Positions 1-8,277 of a stretch of DNA of 16,851 nucleotides are shown piece by piece. The notes beneath the pieces were generated by a model. That model saw only the letters and a list, made by a program, of their open reading frames with translations, did no database searches and was not told the origin of the DNA. Source of the stretch: Gemmatimonadota bacterium (lineage in GTDB: Bacteria > Gemmatimonadota > Gemmatimonadetes > Gemmatimonadales > GWC2-71-9); the NCBI GenBank assembly GCA_039591655.1, contig JBDHDE010000055.1:1-16851 (forward strand), given 5' to 3'. Every line of letters begins with the position of its first letter. Position 1 is the first letter of the stretch. Both the position numbers and the translations under genes were made by a program.

Positions 1-1068
1 CCCCATGAAGAGGAGCAGCACCACCACGACGATGGCCACGGCCTGCAGCAGACTGACCAGAAAGCTGTTGATGGCGGTGGTCACGGCTCTCGACTGGAGG
101 GCGATGATCCCGACATCCATCCCCAGCGGGATCTGAGGCAGCAGCTCCCTGAACCTGGCGCCAACGGCGTCTCCCATCGTGACCACGTTGCCGTCGGGCA
201 CAGTTGAGATGCCGAGGCCGACGGCGGGCATTCCGTTGTACCGGATCAGCTGCTTCGCGGGGTCGCGGTAGCCCCGCCGGATGGTGGCGATGTCCCGCAG
301 GTAGATCTGAGCGCCGCCCGGATCGCCGGCAATCACCAGCGATCTGAAGTCATCCACGGAGTCGAACAGTCCGGTGGGGTCGATGGTGATGAAGTCGGGC
401 CCCACCTCGACGTGGCCGGCGTACGCGGCGAGGTTCCTGGACCGCAGGCCCTGCGCGACCGCCGCCATCGAGATGCCGAGCTGCGACATGCGGTCTCGGT
501 CCAACTCGACGTAGACTACCTCCGGCTGCATGCCGAAGAAGTCTATCTTCGCGACGTCCTGCACTAGCAGCAGCTCCCTGCGGAGCAGCTTGGCGGTCTC
601 GTAGAGCTCGGCGTAGCTGTACCCCTCGCCGTAGAGTGCGAAGAACACCCCGTAGACGTCGCCGAAGTCGTCATTGACGATGGAGGGCCCCGCACCGGGC
701 GGCAGCTCGCGCTGGGCGTCATTCACCTTGCGCCTGAGCTCATCCCATACCTGCGGGAGCGTCTCCTTGTCGAACCTGTCCTTGATCGTGGCGGTCACGA
801 TGGACAGGCCGCGCGTCGAGCGTGACTCCACCTCGAGGAGCTGCTTGAGCTTCTGCACGGCGGTCTCGATCACGTCGGAGACCTCCTCCTCGACCTCTGC
901 TGCAGATGCTCCCGGATAGGGGGTAATGATCAGAGCGTCTTTGATCGTGAACTCTGGGTCCTCGAGCCGGCCCATGCCACCGTACGAGATGATCCCGCCG
1001 ACGACCAGGACAACGGTCAGGACGAGCGTGGTAACGCGGTTCTCGATGCAGAATTGCGTGATCTTCAT
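1..1068 (-). CDS. RND efflux transporter permease subunit (AcrB/AcrD/AcrF family), N-terminal 356 codons; runs off the left edge of the window
   Basis: Not in the ORF track; translated by hand from ATG at 1068: MKITQFCIENRVTTLVLTVVLVVGGIISYGGMGRLEDPEFTIKDALIITPYPGASAAEVEEEVSDVIE...VWDELRRKVNDAQRELPPGAGPSIVNDDFGDVYG. This has TM1, the RLEDP and YPGAS.EVE motifs and DDFGD. It starts 3 nt after the MFP stop. Confidence 0.95.
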   Translation of the reverse strand, partial: MKITQFCIENRVTTLVLTVVLVVGGIISYGGMGRLEDPEFTIKDALIITPYPGASAAEVEEEVSDVIETAVQKLKQLLEVESRSTRGLSIVTATIKDRFDKETLPQVWDELRRKVNDAQRELPPGAGPSIVNDDFGDVYGVFFALYGEGYSYAELYETAKLLRRELLLVQDVAKIDFFGMQPEVVYVELDRDRMSQLGISMAAVAQGLRSRNLAAYAGHVEVGPDFITIDPTGLFDSVDDFRSLVIAGDPGGAQIYLRDIATIRRGYRDPAKQLIRYNGMPAVGLGISTVPDGNVVTMGDAVGARFRELLPQIPLGMDVGIIALQSRAVTTAINSFLVSLLQAVAIVVVVLLLFMG

Positions 1069-1071
1069 GCG

Positions 1072-2208
1072 CTAGGACCCGCCCTGGCGGTCCGTGAACC
1101 GCCGCACGGGATCGCCTTCCCGCAGGTTCGCGACACCGGTCACTGCAACCAGATCGCCGTCGGCGAGGCCTCCCACGATCTCAATCTCGGAGCCCAGCAT
1201 CGCACCCAGCTCGACCGGCGCGCGTGCAACGGTCATGGCCACCGGATCCACCTTCCAGACGGACGACTGGCCGTCGTCCGCGGCGAACACGGCGTTCGCC
1301 GGCAGACGCTGAACGGTCCTCCCTGGTTGACCAGTGCGCCGCACGATCATCCGAGCCGTCATGCCCGGGACCAGCGCGATGTCGCTCGGTGGCTCGAAGC
1401 CGAACGTCACCTCGAACGTGCGGGTGACCGGGTCCGCCTGCGTAGCTACCTCCGTGAGCCAGGCGGGGAACCGTAGGTCGGGGAACGTCGACACGCTCCC
1501 TTCGGCTTCGATCTCCAACGAACTGCGCGTCGCATCCGCGGCCTGCCGGGCCACCAGCGCGTCGGCCTCCGGCACTGCGATCACGATCTCCAGGTTGCGA
1601 TCGTCATTGAGCAGCAGCACCATCTCCTTGGCCAACACGTTCTGGAAGGCGTCGACGTAGGTCCGCGCGACACGTCCCGCGAAAGGCGCGGCGAGTCGGG
1701 TGTCATCCAGCGCCTTCTGTGATTCCCGCAAGCGTGCCTCGGCGACCTCGAACTGAGCCTGCTTGAGCTGAAGCTCCTGCAGCGTCACGGCATCAGCAGC
1801 GTACAGCTCCTGATAGCGCCGGAAGTCGGCACGGGCCGCATCGAGACTCGCGGCGTCGGCATCGCGCTGCGCTTCGTAGTTGCGCGCGTCGATCCGCGCC
1901 AGCATCTGGCCGCGCCGGACCCATTGGCCCTGCACCACGGGCATCTCGACGATGAGGCCCGGGACCTCGAACGCCAGCTCGGCCCGGTCCGCCGCCTCGA
2001 CCGTTCCCGGGTACTCGCGGACGCCGGACACGCCGCCGAAGCCGATCTCGACCATCTTTACCGGCCGCGCAACCACCTGCTCCGGCTGCGGCTCACTGCC
2101 GCAGCCAACTGCAAGCCCGCCGACCGCGGCGAGGAATGCGAGGGCGTGCGGTCTCGAGCACCTATGCAAATCCATTGGTCCGACCCGTGTTCGCGTTTGT
2201 CGTGCCAT
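1072..2208 (-). CDS. RND efflux periplasmic adaptor (membrane fusion protein), probable lipoprotein
   Basis: Lipobox-like LAVGC, lipoyl half-motifs (LAFEVPGLIVEMPVVQGQWVRRGQMLARID; LAAPFAGRV), an alpha-helical hairpin, ADPVTRTF, LVPGMTA and GLADGDLVAVTG. Start moved from 2361 to ATG 2208 (just after the channel gene stop at 2213); ATG 2175 is an alternative. Confidence 0.92.
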   Translation of the reverse strand: MARQTRTRVGPMDLHRCSRPHALAFLAAVGGLAVGCGSEPQPEQVVARPVKMVEIGFGGVSGVREYPGTVEAADRAELAFEVPGLIVEMPVVQGQWVRRGQMLARIDARNYEAQRDADAASLDAARADFRRYQELYAADAVTLQELQLKQAQFEVAEARLRESQKALDDTRLAAPFAGRVARTYVDAFQNVLAKEMVLLLNDDRNLEIVIAVPEADALVARQAADATRSSLEIEAEGSVSTFPDLRFPAWLTEVATQADPVTRTFEVTFGFEPPSDIALVPGMTARMIVRRTGQPGRTVQRLPANAVFAADDGQSSVWKVDPVAMTVARAPVELGAMLGSEIEIVGGLADGDLVAVTGVANLREGDPVRRFTDRQGGS

Positions 2209-2212
2209 CGCG

Positions 2213-4639
2213 CTACTCCATCCCACGCTGGTTGAGGTAGGCTTGCAAGCGCTGGACGAATGCCTCCCGCGAGGCCTCGTCGAGGAAGAGATCGATCTGT
2301 CCGGCGGCTCGCTGCACTGCCATGAAATCCGTGATGAAGTCGTACAGGACGTTGGCAGCATCGAGCTCGGCGATGAGGGCGGTGTTCTGAGCGTCGAGCA
2401 GACTCAGGATGCCCGCGACGCCGCCCGCATACGCCGTCCGCACCAGCTCGTAGTTGCCGCGCGCCGCCTGGGCGGCATCCCGCGCCAGTTCGAGGCGCAC
2501 CCGAGACGACAGCAGGCGCTGCAGCGCATCACGCATCGCCTCCTCCACGCGCTGCTCCATCGAGCTGCGCTGATACTCGAGGCTGAAGAGGCTCTGTTGG
2601 GCCTGCTGCTTGGCCGCCGCACGCGAGCCGCTGCCAAACAAGAGGTAGCGTGCGCTGAGAGAGATCGTCCAACGCCACGGGTCGGCCTCCCCTTCCGGCA
2701 CCAGGCCGGGCGGCAGTCCCTCGCCCGAGAAGTCCGAGCCTGCCCCTCCCTCCGCCAGAGAGTTCGTGAGCCGCGCGTTGAGGAAGAACTCAGGCAGCCA
2801 GAAGGCACGGTTGGCCGCCGTGATCGCCCTGTCCTGAGCTCCCATGAGCGCGTCGATCGCCCTCAGCTCCGGTGACGTCTCGAGCGCGTCTGTGATCATG
2901 AAGTCCTCGAAGCCGCCGAAGCTCTGTGGGTCGTCGAGGAGCCTCGCCAGGGCATCCTCCGCCCACTGGATCACAGGCTCCTCGAACTCGCCTTCCGGGG
3001 TGTAGACCTCCTCGTCGAGCGGTCGGTACAGCAGGCGCTTGAGCCTGTTCTCGGCAATTGCCTTCGCCGCCACCGCACCGACCACCCCTTGTCGGTCCTT
3101 TGAGACCTGCGCCTCCCAGCGCAAGACCTCACCGGGAGTTGCCGCGCCCGTCTGGCGCCGCACTTCGGCCAGGTCCAGGTTCGTTCGGGTGAGCGAGAGG
3201 TTTTCCCGGCGAATCCGCTCATCGGTCTTGCGGCGCAAGACCGTCAGGTACGCATCAGCGGCCTCGAACGACACGTCCAGCCGCAGTGACGCGTAATCCT
3301 CCTCCCGAGCCCGCTGCAGCGACTGTTGGATGGTACGATCCGCCCAAGCCCGGTCGGCGAAGACCACCTGGGAGAGCCCCACCGAACCGCGTAGCAGCCG
3401 CTCGGGCTGTACGCCCAGGCTTCGGGCGGCCCGCTCCTCATCGATGATGCGGCCGGAAAAGGCGAGGTCCAACTGCGGCAGGAGCCGCGACGTCGCCAGC
3501 TTCACGTCCTGGGCCGCAGCCTGCAGCGCCCGATCGAACGACGCCAGGTCCTGGTTCTGCTCCAACGCCTCCTGCACCACGCCAAGCAGCGATTGCGGCT
3601 CCGGCGCGGCACCGGCCGCTTCATCGACGAGCAGTGCGTCGATGAGCATGGTCCACGACGGATATACCCCGATGGCGCGCGCCGTCTGCATGTTGACGAT
3701 CACGCGCTCCTGCTGCGAGAACACCACCTGCAGCTGCCCGGGCTGCTCGCCCTCGAGGATCTGTTGCACGGTGAGTGCCGTGAGACGGGCGAGCTGGAAC
3801 ATGAAGGAGTCTGGACGCCGCGCCAGCAGGATGCCCTTGCGCACCTCGGGCTCGCCGAACCAGGAGATGCTCGGGAGCCCCAGCTCGATCAGTCCACCCG
3901 CCAGCCGCTCGAACTCGGGTCCCGAGACTTGTGATAGCGGCAGCACGTACACCGCGTCCGCCTCGGCCGCCTCGATGGCGCCGAGGGCGGCTGCGACATC
4001 GTCACCCACCGGAATCACCACAGCCCGTGCGCCGGCTAGCGCCGCTCGCCCCTCGATGCGGTCGGCCATTCCCGGCAGCTCGGCGACGGCGTACTCACTG
4101 ACCAGGACTGCGAGGCGTTCGAAGTCGACCACCTCGGCCAGTGTTGCGATGTCTCGGTTCTCGGGTCGCGTCAAGTACACGAAGTTGGCCACCCCCGAGG
4201 CCGCTCCCGCCCGGGGGATTTCCTGCAGCGGTGGGTCCAGCACGAACGGCGCAACTACCGGCTTGCCCAGTCCCGGATGCTCGGCGGCCACCCGTCCGGC
4301 CAGGGGACCGATGGCCACGACTAGGTCAACGTCCGCTCGGCCAAGGAGCCGCTCGAGCGCCGCTCCGATCCCCGCGAGGGTATAGTCCCCTTCCATCCTC
4401 GCATGGGCGCCCATCTGCACCTCGAACCTGTTCTCGAGGAGCACCGACGTCTCCTGCTCGAGCTGATCGACGAGCTCGCCGTAGCGCATGGGCGGGCCGT
4501 CAGTCACGACGCCGATCGTCACAGGCCGTCGCTGCTGTGCGGCGGCCGTCGAGGGGACCGCCCCGGCTGCGAGCGCAACCAACGCCGCCGCAAGGAGGAT
4601 GCGGGCCGACGGAGCTTCAGGGCACACGGGAACTCCCAT
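2213..4639 (-). CDS. TolC-family outer membrane efflux protein with an N-terminal ABC-type substrate-binding-like domain (fusion)
   Basis: Signal peptide ending PSTAAA/QQ. About 300 aa alpha/beta domain (VDLVVAIGP, ADAVYVLP, QQILEGEQPGQL, VIVNMQTARAIGV). Then two OEP repeats (ALEQNQDL...LLPQLDL; SPELRA...FWLPEF; AYAGGVAGILSLLDAQ). ATG 4639 is preceded by a GAGG SD-like sequence. Confidence 0.88.
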   Translation of the reverse strand: MGVPVCPEAPSARILLAAALVALAAGAVPSTAAAQQRRPVTIGVVTDGPPMRYGELVDQLEQETSVLLENRFEVQMGAHARMEGDYTLAGIGAALERLLGRADVDLVVAIGPLAGRVAAEHPGLGKPVVAPFVLDPPLQEIPRAGAASGVANFVYLTRPENRDIATLAEVVDFERLAVLVSEYAVAELPGMADRIEGRAALAGARAVVIPVGDDVAAALGAIEAAEADAVYVLPLSQVSGPEFERLAGGLIELGLPSISWFGEPEVRKGILLARRPDSFMFQLARLTALTVQQILEGEQPGQLQVVFSQQERVIVNMQTARAIGVYPSWTMLIDALLVDEAAGAAPEPQSLLGVVQEALEQNQDLASFDRALQAAAQDVKLATSRLLPQLDLAFSGRIIDEERAARSLGVQPERLLRGSVGLSQVVFADRAWADRTIQQSLQRAREEDYASLRLDVSFEAADAYLTVLRRKTDERIRRENLSLTRTNLDLAEVRRQTGAATPGEVLRWEAQVSKDRQGVVGAVAAKAIAENRLKRLLYRPLDEEVYTPEGEFEEPVIQWAEDALARLLDDPQSFGGFEDFMITDALETSPELRAIDALMGAQDRAITAANRAFWLPEFFLNARLTNSLAEGGAGSDFSGEGLPPGLVPEGEADPWRWTISLSARYLLFGSGSRAAAKQQAQQSLFSLEYQRSSMEQRVEEAMRDALQRLLSSRVRLELARDAAQAARGNYELVRTAYAGGVAGILSLLDAQNTALIAELDAANVLYDFITDFMAVQRAAGQIDLFLDEASREAFVQRLQAYLNQRGME

Positions 4640-4796
4640 GGGACCTCTAGGTAGATGTCTGCCACTCGAAGAGCGAGCGGGTAAGATCACCCGGTCCGCC
4701 AGGGTCCGTCAACAGGCCACGATGGCCGTCATGGGCGGGTGGCCAAGCGGTCCCCATCCGGCGATCTTTGTGCGGCACACTTCAAGGAGCCTTGGC

Positions 4797-5390
4797 ATGT
4801 ACTCCATTCGCGTTTCGGTTGTGGCGGCCATCGCCGCCGTCACGCTCACGACCACTGCACAGGCCCAGGACAGCAAGTTCGCCGGCATTTCCGGCGGCGC
4901 TTCGCTGAGCGACATGCGGAGCAATCTGACGAACACCAGTAGCCGCTGGGGCGGTATGGCGGGCGTGTTCGCCGGCTACCGCAGGTCCTACGCGATTGGC
5001 GTGCTCGAGGCCAACTGGGTCCAGAAGGGCGGCAAGGATGTCACGGGTGACGGCAGCACCCGGATCGACTACATCGAGATCCCGTTTCTCATCGGCGGTG
5101 GGACAGAGACCCCGAGTGGGATACTCTTCCGGGTCTATACGGGTATCGGCATCGGATTCTCCATCTCCTGCAGCTCCACATCGACCTCGGCGCAGCGGGA
5201 CTGCGACCGGAAGAACAGCACCGAGTGGTCCTGGCCCATCGGCCTGCTGATCGGGCGGTCCATCGGTGACGGGCCCATGTTCGCCGCCATCGACGGGCGC
5301 TACTCCATCGGGCTCTCCGACACGTTCGAGGGTGCCTCTTTGAAGAACTACTCCTGGCAATTCCGGCTGCTGGTGGGCCGGCGGCTCTAA
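4797..5390 (+). CDS. Outer membrane beta-barrel protein (porin/PorT-like, 197 aa)
   Basis: AAGGAG SD at 4784-4789 before ATG 4797. Signal peptide ending AQA/Q. Amphipathic beta strands, with LEANWVQKG, RIDYIEIPFL, IDGRYSIGLSD and a terminal strand WQFRLLVGRRL. Confidence 0.82.
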   Translation: MYSIRVSVVAAIAAVTLTTTAQAQDSKFAGISGGASLSDMRSNLTNTSSRWGGMAGVFAGYRRSYAIGVLEANWVQKGGKDVTGDGSTRIDYIEIPFLIGGGTETPSGILFRVYTGIGIGFSISCSSTSTSAQRDCDRKNSTEWSWPIGLLIGRSIGDGPMFAAIDGRYSIGLSDTFEGASLKNYSWQFRLLVGRRL

Positions 5391-5425
5391 CCCGCCGGCG
5401 CGGCACCCGCAGGGCGGCGTGAACG

Positions 5426-5458
5426 AGAAGGGCGAGCGCATTCAGCGCTCGCCCTTCT
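5426..5458. terminator. Perfect 14-bp hairpin between convergent genes; probable bidirectional intrinsic terminator
   Basis: AGAAGGGCGAGCGC-attca-GCGCTCGCCCTTCT lies between the stops at 5390 (+) and 5483 (-). The U-rich tails are short on both strands. Confidence 0.75.
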
Positions 5459-5482
5459 TGCAACAGCCCGCCGCCCGCAGCT

Positions 5483-6889
5483 CTAAGTTCTCAGCTGCGC
5501 CAGGAAGTTGTCCAACAACCCGCTGGGGAAGGCGTCTCCCGCCTCCAGGGTTTCCCGGTGCCTCGCCAGCGCATCGGCCACTTCGTAGAAGTCCCGCGGC
5601 ACGCGTTCGGCTCGTGCTGCCCCTCCCTTGCGTGCCTCTATAGCCGACGTCCGCTTGAGGAGGTCGTCGAGCGCCTCCGTGTCGCGGCCCTTGATTATTG
5701 CCAGGGCAGCGCCGGCCAGGAGCAGGTGCGGCAGCGCCGAGCCGTCGGGGAGCCGGAACTCCACCGTCGCCGGCGTCACCACCCGGCCGGCCTCATCGGT
5801 GGTCACCACCGGCAGCCGGATGAGCGCCTGCCGGTCGTACTCGCCCCACACGATGGCGCTGGGTGCTTCCTTGGCCTGACGAATCCTCACGAAGGATCCC
5901 TCCACCCGGTTGCCGAACGCCATGAGGGCGCCGCCCAACTGCGCCAGTCCGCCGATTAGCCAGCGCGCGGGGTCAGAGAGTTCGCCCTCCCCGGTCTTGA
6001 CGTTCACGACCTCGCCGTCCTTCACGGGCGCGAGGTGGAAGTGGAGCCCGTTGCCGGCGTGGCCCTCGAGCATCATCGGTCCGGTGGCGCACCGCATGCC
6101 TTTGCGGTGCGCCAGGTTCCGCAGCACCCATTGGGTGAGGAGAATGCCGTCGGCCGCGACAGGTAGCGGCGCCAGGGCGAGCTCGATCTCATGCTGCTCC
6201 CAGATCACTCCCTCGGGCTCGCGGGCCTCGATGTAGCCCACCTCGCTGTGGCCGTACTTCACCGGCACGCCGAGGTCGGCCAGCAGGGCAAGGGCCTTGC
6301 GCCGCAGGCCCTCACCGAACACGAAGGGGGAGCTGGCGTGGTAGCCGCGATCGTCGGCGCCGTAGATGTCCGATTCGTCGCGCCGCTTGCCGAGGAAGTA
6401 CTCGACCTCCCCCAGCGCGTAGAGGTCCACTCCCGTCACCTCACGTAGCTGGGCGCACGCTCGCCGCAGGATGGTGTCGGGCGAGGCGGGCAGCGGGTTG
6501 CCCTCCGGGTCCGCATGGCCGCACATCAGCACTAGGGTGGGGAGTGACGCGAACGGGTCGAGGAACGCCGTGCGCACCCGGGGCCGCAGCACGATGTCCG
6601 ACTTGTCGGGGGGGATCCCCGCCCGAGGGAAGAGGCTCGAGCCGTCGGCACGCTCGCCACCGTCGATTATGTCCTTGAGTTGCGACGTCGAGCGCGGGAC
6701 GAAATCCAGCGTTTTGAGCCAGCCGTCACCGCCCACGTGCATCAGGCTCACGATCTGGACGCCGCGGCTGCGTACCAGGTCGACAACATCGTCCGCCGAC
6801 CAGGCAGAGCGCGGCTTGCCAAACTCGTCCTCGAGGCTCGTTCCCCGCGGAACCGGCGTCCGCGACCGCGGTTGCTGATCATCACTCAT
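5483..6889 (-). CDS. glnA: Glutamine synthetase family protein (GS type I-like)
   Basis: Motifs ADGSS, GEVEYF, RGYH, HSEVG, QHEIE, GNGLHFH, SFVR...EAP, DRQALIRLP and VEFRLPDG. ATG at 6889 overlaps the gatD TGA (ATGA). Confidence 0.88.
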   Translation of the reverse strand: MSDDQQPRSRTPVPRGTSLEDEFGKPRSAWSADDVVDLVRSRGVQIVSLMHVGGDGWLKTLDFVPRSTSQLKDIIDGGERADGSSLFPRAGIPPDKSDIVLRPRVRTAFLDPFASLPTLVLMCGHADPEGNPLPASPDTILRRACAQLREVTGVDLYALGEVEYFLGKRRDESDIYGADDRGYHASSPFVFGEGLRRKALALLADLGVPVKYGHSEVGYIEAREPEGVIWEQHEIELALAPLPVAADGILLTQWVLRNLAHRKGMRCATGPMMLEGHAGNGLHFHLAPVKDGEVVNVKTGEGELSDPARWLIGGLAQLGGALMAFGNRVEGSFVRIRQAKEAPSAIVWGEYDRQALIRLPVVTTDEAGRVVTPATVEFRLPDGSALPHLLLAGAALAIIKGRDTEALDDLLKRTSAIEARKGGAARAERVPRDFYEVADALARHRETLEAGDAFPSGLLDNFLAQLRT

Positions 6890-8277
6890 CGCCACACCCT
6901 CCCCAGGAACTCCTGGATCTCCGGCACACCGCCCTGAAAGATGAGATAGCCGTCGTGGGGCTCGCGCTCCGTTGTCTCACCGGCGATTGGCTCCATCATG
7001 AGCCGCTTCACCGCCTCCGGATCGTCGGGGTGCACCCCCAGAGCCCAACCCAGTTTGATGAACGCCACCTCGGGGAGCATGTTGGCCAGCGGCAGGACCC
7101 CCAGCTCCAGGATCTCCCGCCCCGTCTCGTACACGTGCATCTGCACGAAGCCCCACAATGTCTGGAGCGTCATGTACATGTGCACGCCCGCCGCATGCGC
7201 CCGCTCCAACGCAGGATAGATGATACGGTTCACGTGCCCCAGGCCCGTGCCCGCAATCACGATCCCCTTGTAGCCCTTCTCCACCAAGGCATCCACCACG
7301 TCGGCCTGCATACCCGGGTAGTAGTACAGCATCGTGACCCGCTCGTCGTAGGCCGCCTGCACGGTGACGTCGCGGTCGTCGCGGCGGTGGCGCCAGTCGT
7401 CCTTGAGCGGAACTATCTTCCCCTTCTCCACCATGGCCAGCGGAATGTCACCCAGCGTGCGGAAGGTGCTGCGGTAGGAGCTGTGCATCTTGCGCACTCG
7501 GGTGCCGCGGTGCAGCAGGTTGTAGCGGTCCGAGGTGGGGCCGAACATGCACACCACCACCTCGGCGATGGGCCCGTGGGCCGCCGTCCAGGTGGCGTTG
7601 ATCAGGTTCTGTGCGGCGTCGGAGGATGGCCGGTCGGAGGAGCGCTGGCTCCCCACCATCACGATGGGCACCGGCGGCCGCTGTACCATGAAGCTCAAGG
7701 CCGCCGCCGTGTGGTGCATGGTGTCGGTCCCATGGCCGATGACGACGCCGTGCCACCCGTCTCGGATCGCCTCCCCCACCTTCTCTGCCAGGATCAGGTA
7801 CTGCTCGGGCCCCATGTTCTCGCTGAACACCCCGAACAGCTTCTCGGTCTCCAGGTTGCAGATGTCGGCCAGCTCGGGCACCGAGCCGTACAGCTCCCCC
7901 GGGCTGAAGGCCGGGATCACCGCACCGGTGCGGTAGTCCAGCCGCGACGCGATGGTGCCGCCCGTGCCGAACAGCTTGACGCGGGGCTTCTCGGGATCCG
8001 TGGGGAACTCCTTCTCCGGGATCTTGTAGTGGGCCTCGCGGTATCCCGTCTCCTCGAGCTGGAGCACGGTGTCGTAGCGCAGGCCCACGTTGTAACCGCT
8101 CCCCAGCTTGAGCACGAGGTGCGCGTCGTCGCTGGTCTCGGAGCGCGGCAGGATGAGCCCCTCGAAGTCACCGCGCGTCGTGCGGGCCTTCACTTCGGAC
8201 CACACCTTCACGTCGAAGCGCTTCATGACCTCGAGCGTGGGGCCGCGGTAGCCTTTGTACTGGTCGTTGCCGCTCAC
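6886..8277 (-). CDS. gatD: Glu-tRNA(Gln) amidotransferase subunit D (glutaminase, asparaginase fold)
   Basis: GatD-specific N-terminal domain (FEGLILPR...LVLKLGSGYNVG), then GTGGTIASRLDYRTGAV, HGTDTM, GSQRSSDRPSSDA, RKMHSS, GTGLGHV and MLPEVAFIKLGWALG. The GTG start overlaps the gatE TGA (GTGA). Confidence 0.96.
   Translation of the reverse strand: MSGNDQYKGYRGPTLEVMKRFDVKVWSEVKARTTRGDFEGLILPRSETSDDAHLVLKLGSGYNVGLRYDTVLQLEETGYREAHYKIPEKEFPTDPEKPRVKLFGTGGTIASRLDYRTGAVIPAFSPGELYGSVPELADICNLETEKLFGVFSENMGPEQYLILAEKVGEAIRDGWHGVVIGHGTDTMHHTAAALSFMVQRPPVPIVMVGSQRSSDRPSSDAAQNLINATWTAAHGPIAEVVVCMFGPTSDRYNLLHRGTRVRKMHSSYRSTFRTLGDIPLAMVEKGKIVPLKDDWRHRRDDRDVTVQAAYDERVTMLYYYPGMQADVVDALVEKGYKGIVIAGTGLGHVNRIIYPALERAHAAGVHMYMTLQTLWGFVQMHVYETGREILELGVLPLANMLPEVAFIKLGWALGVHPDDPEAVKRLMMEPIAGETTEREPHDGYLIFQGGVPEIQEFLGRVWR

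Noticed and set aside
4488..4796. Upstream extension of the beta-barrel ORF
   Set aside because: It overlaps the TolC fusion gene on the opposite strand, and the SD and signal peptide support ATG 4797.
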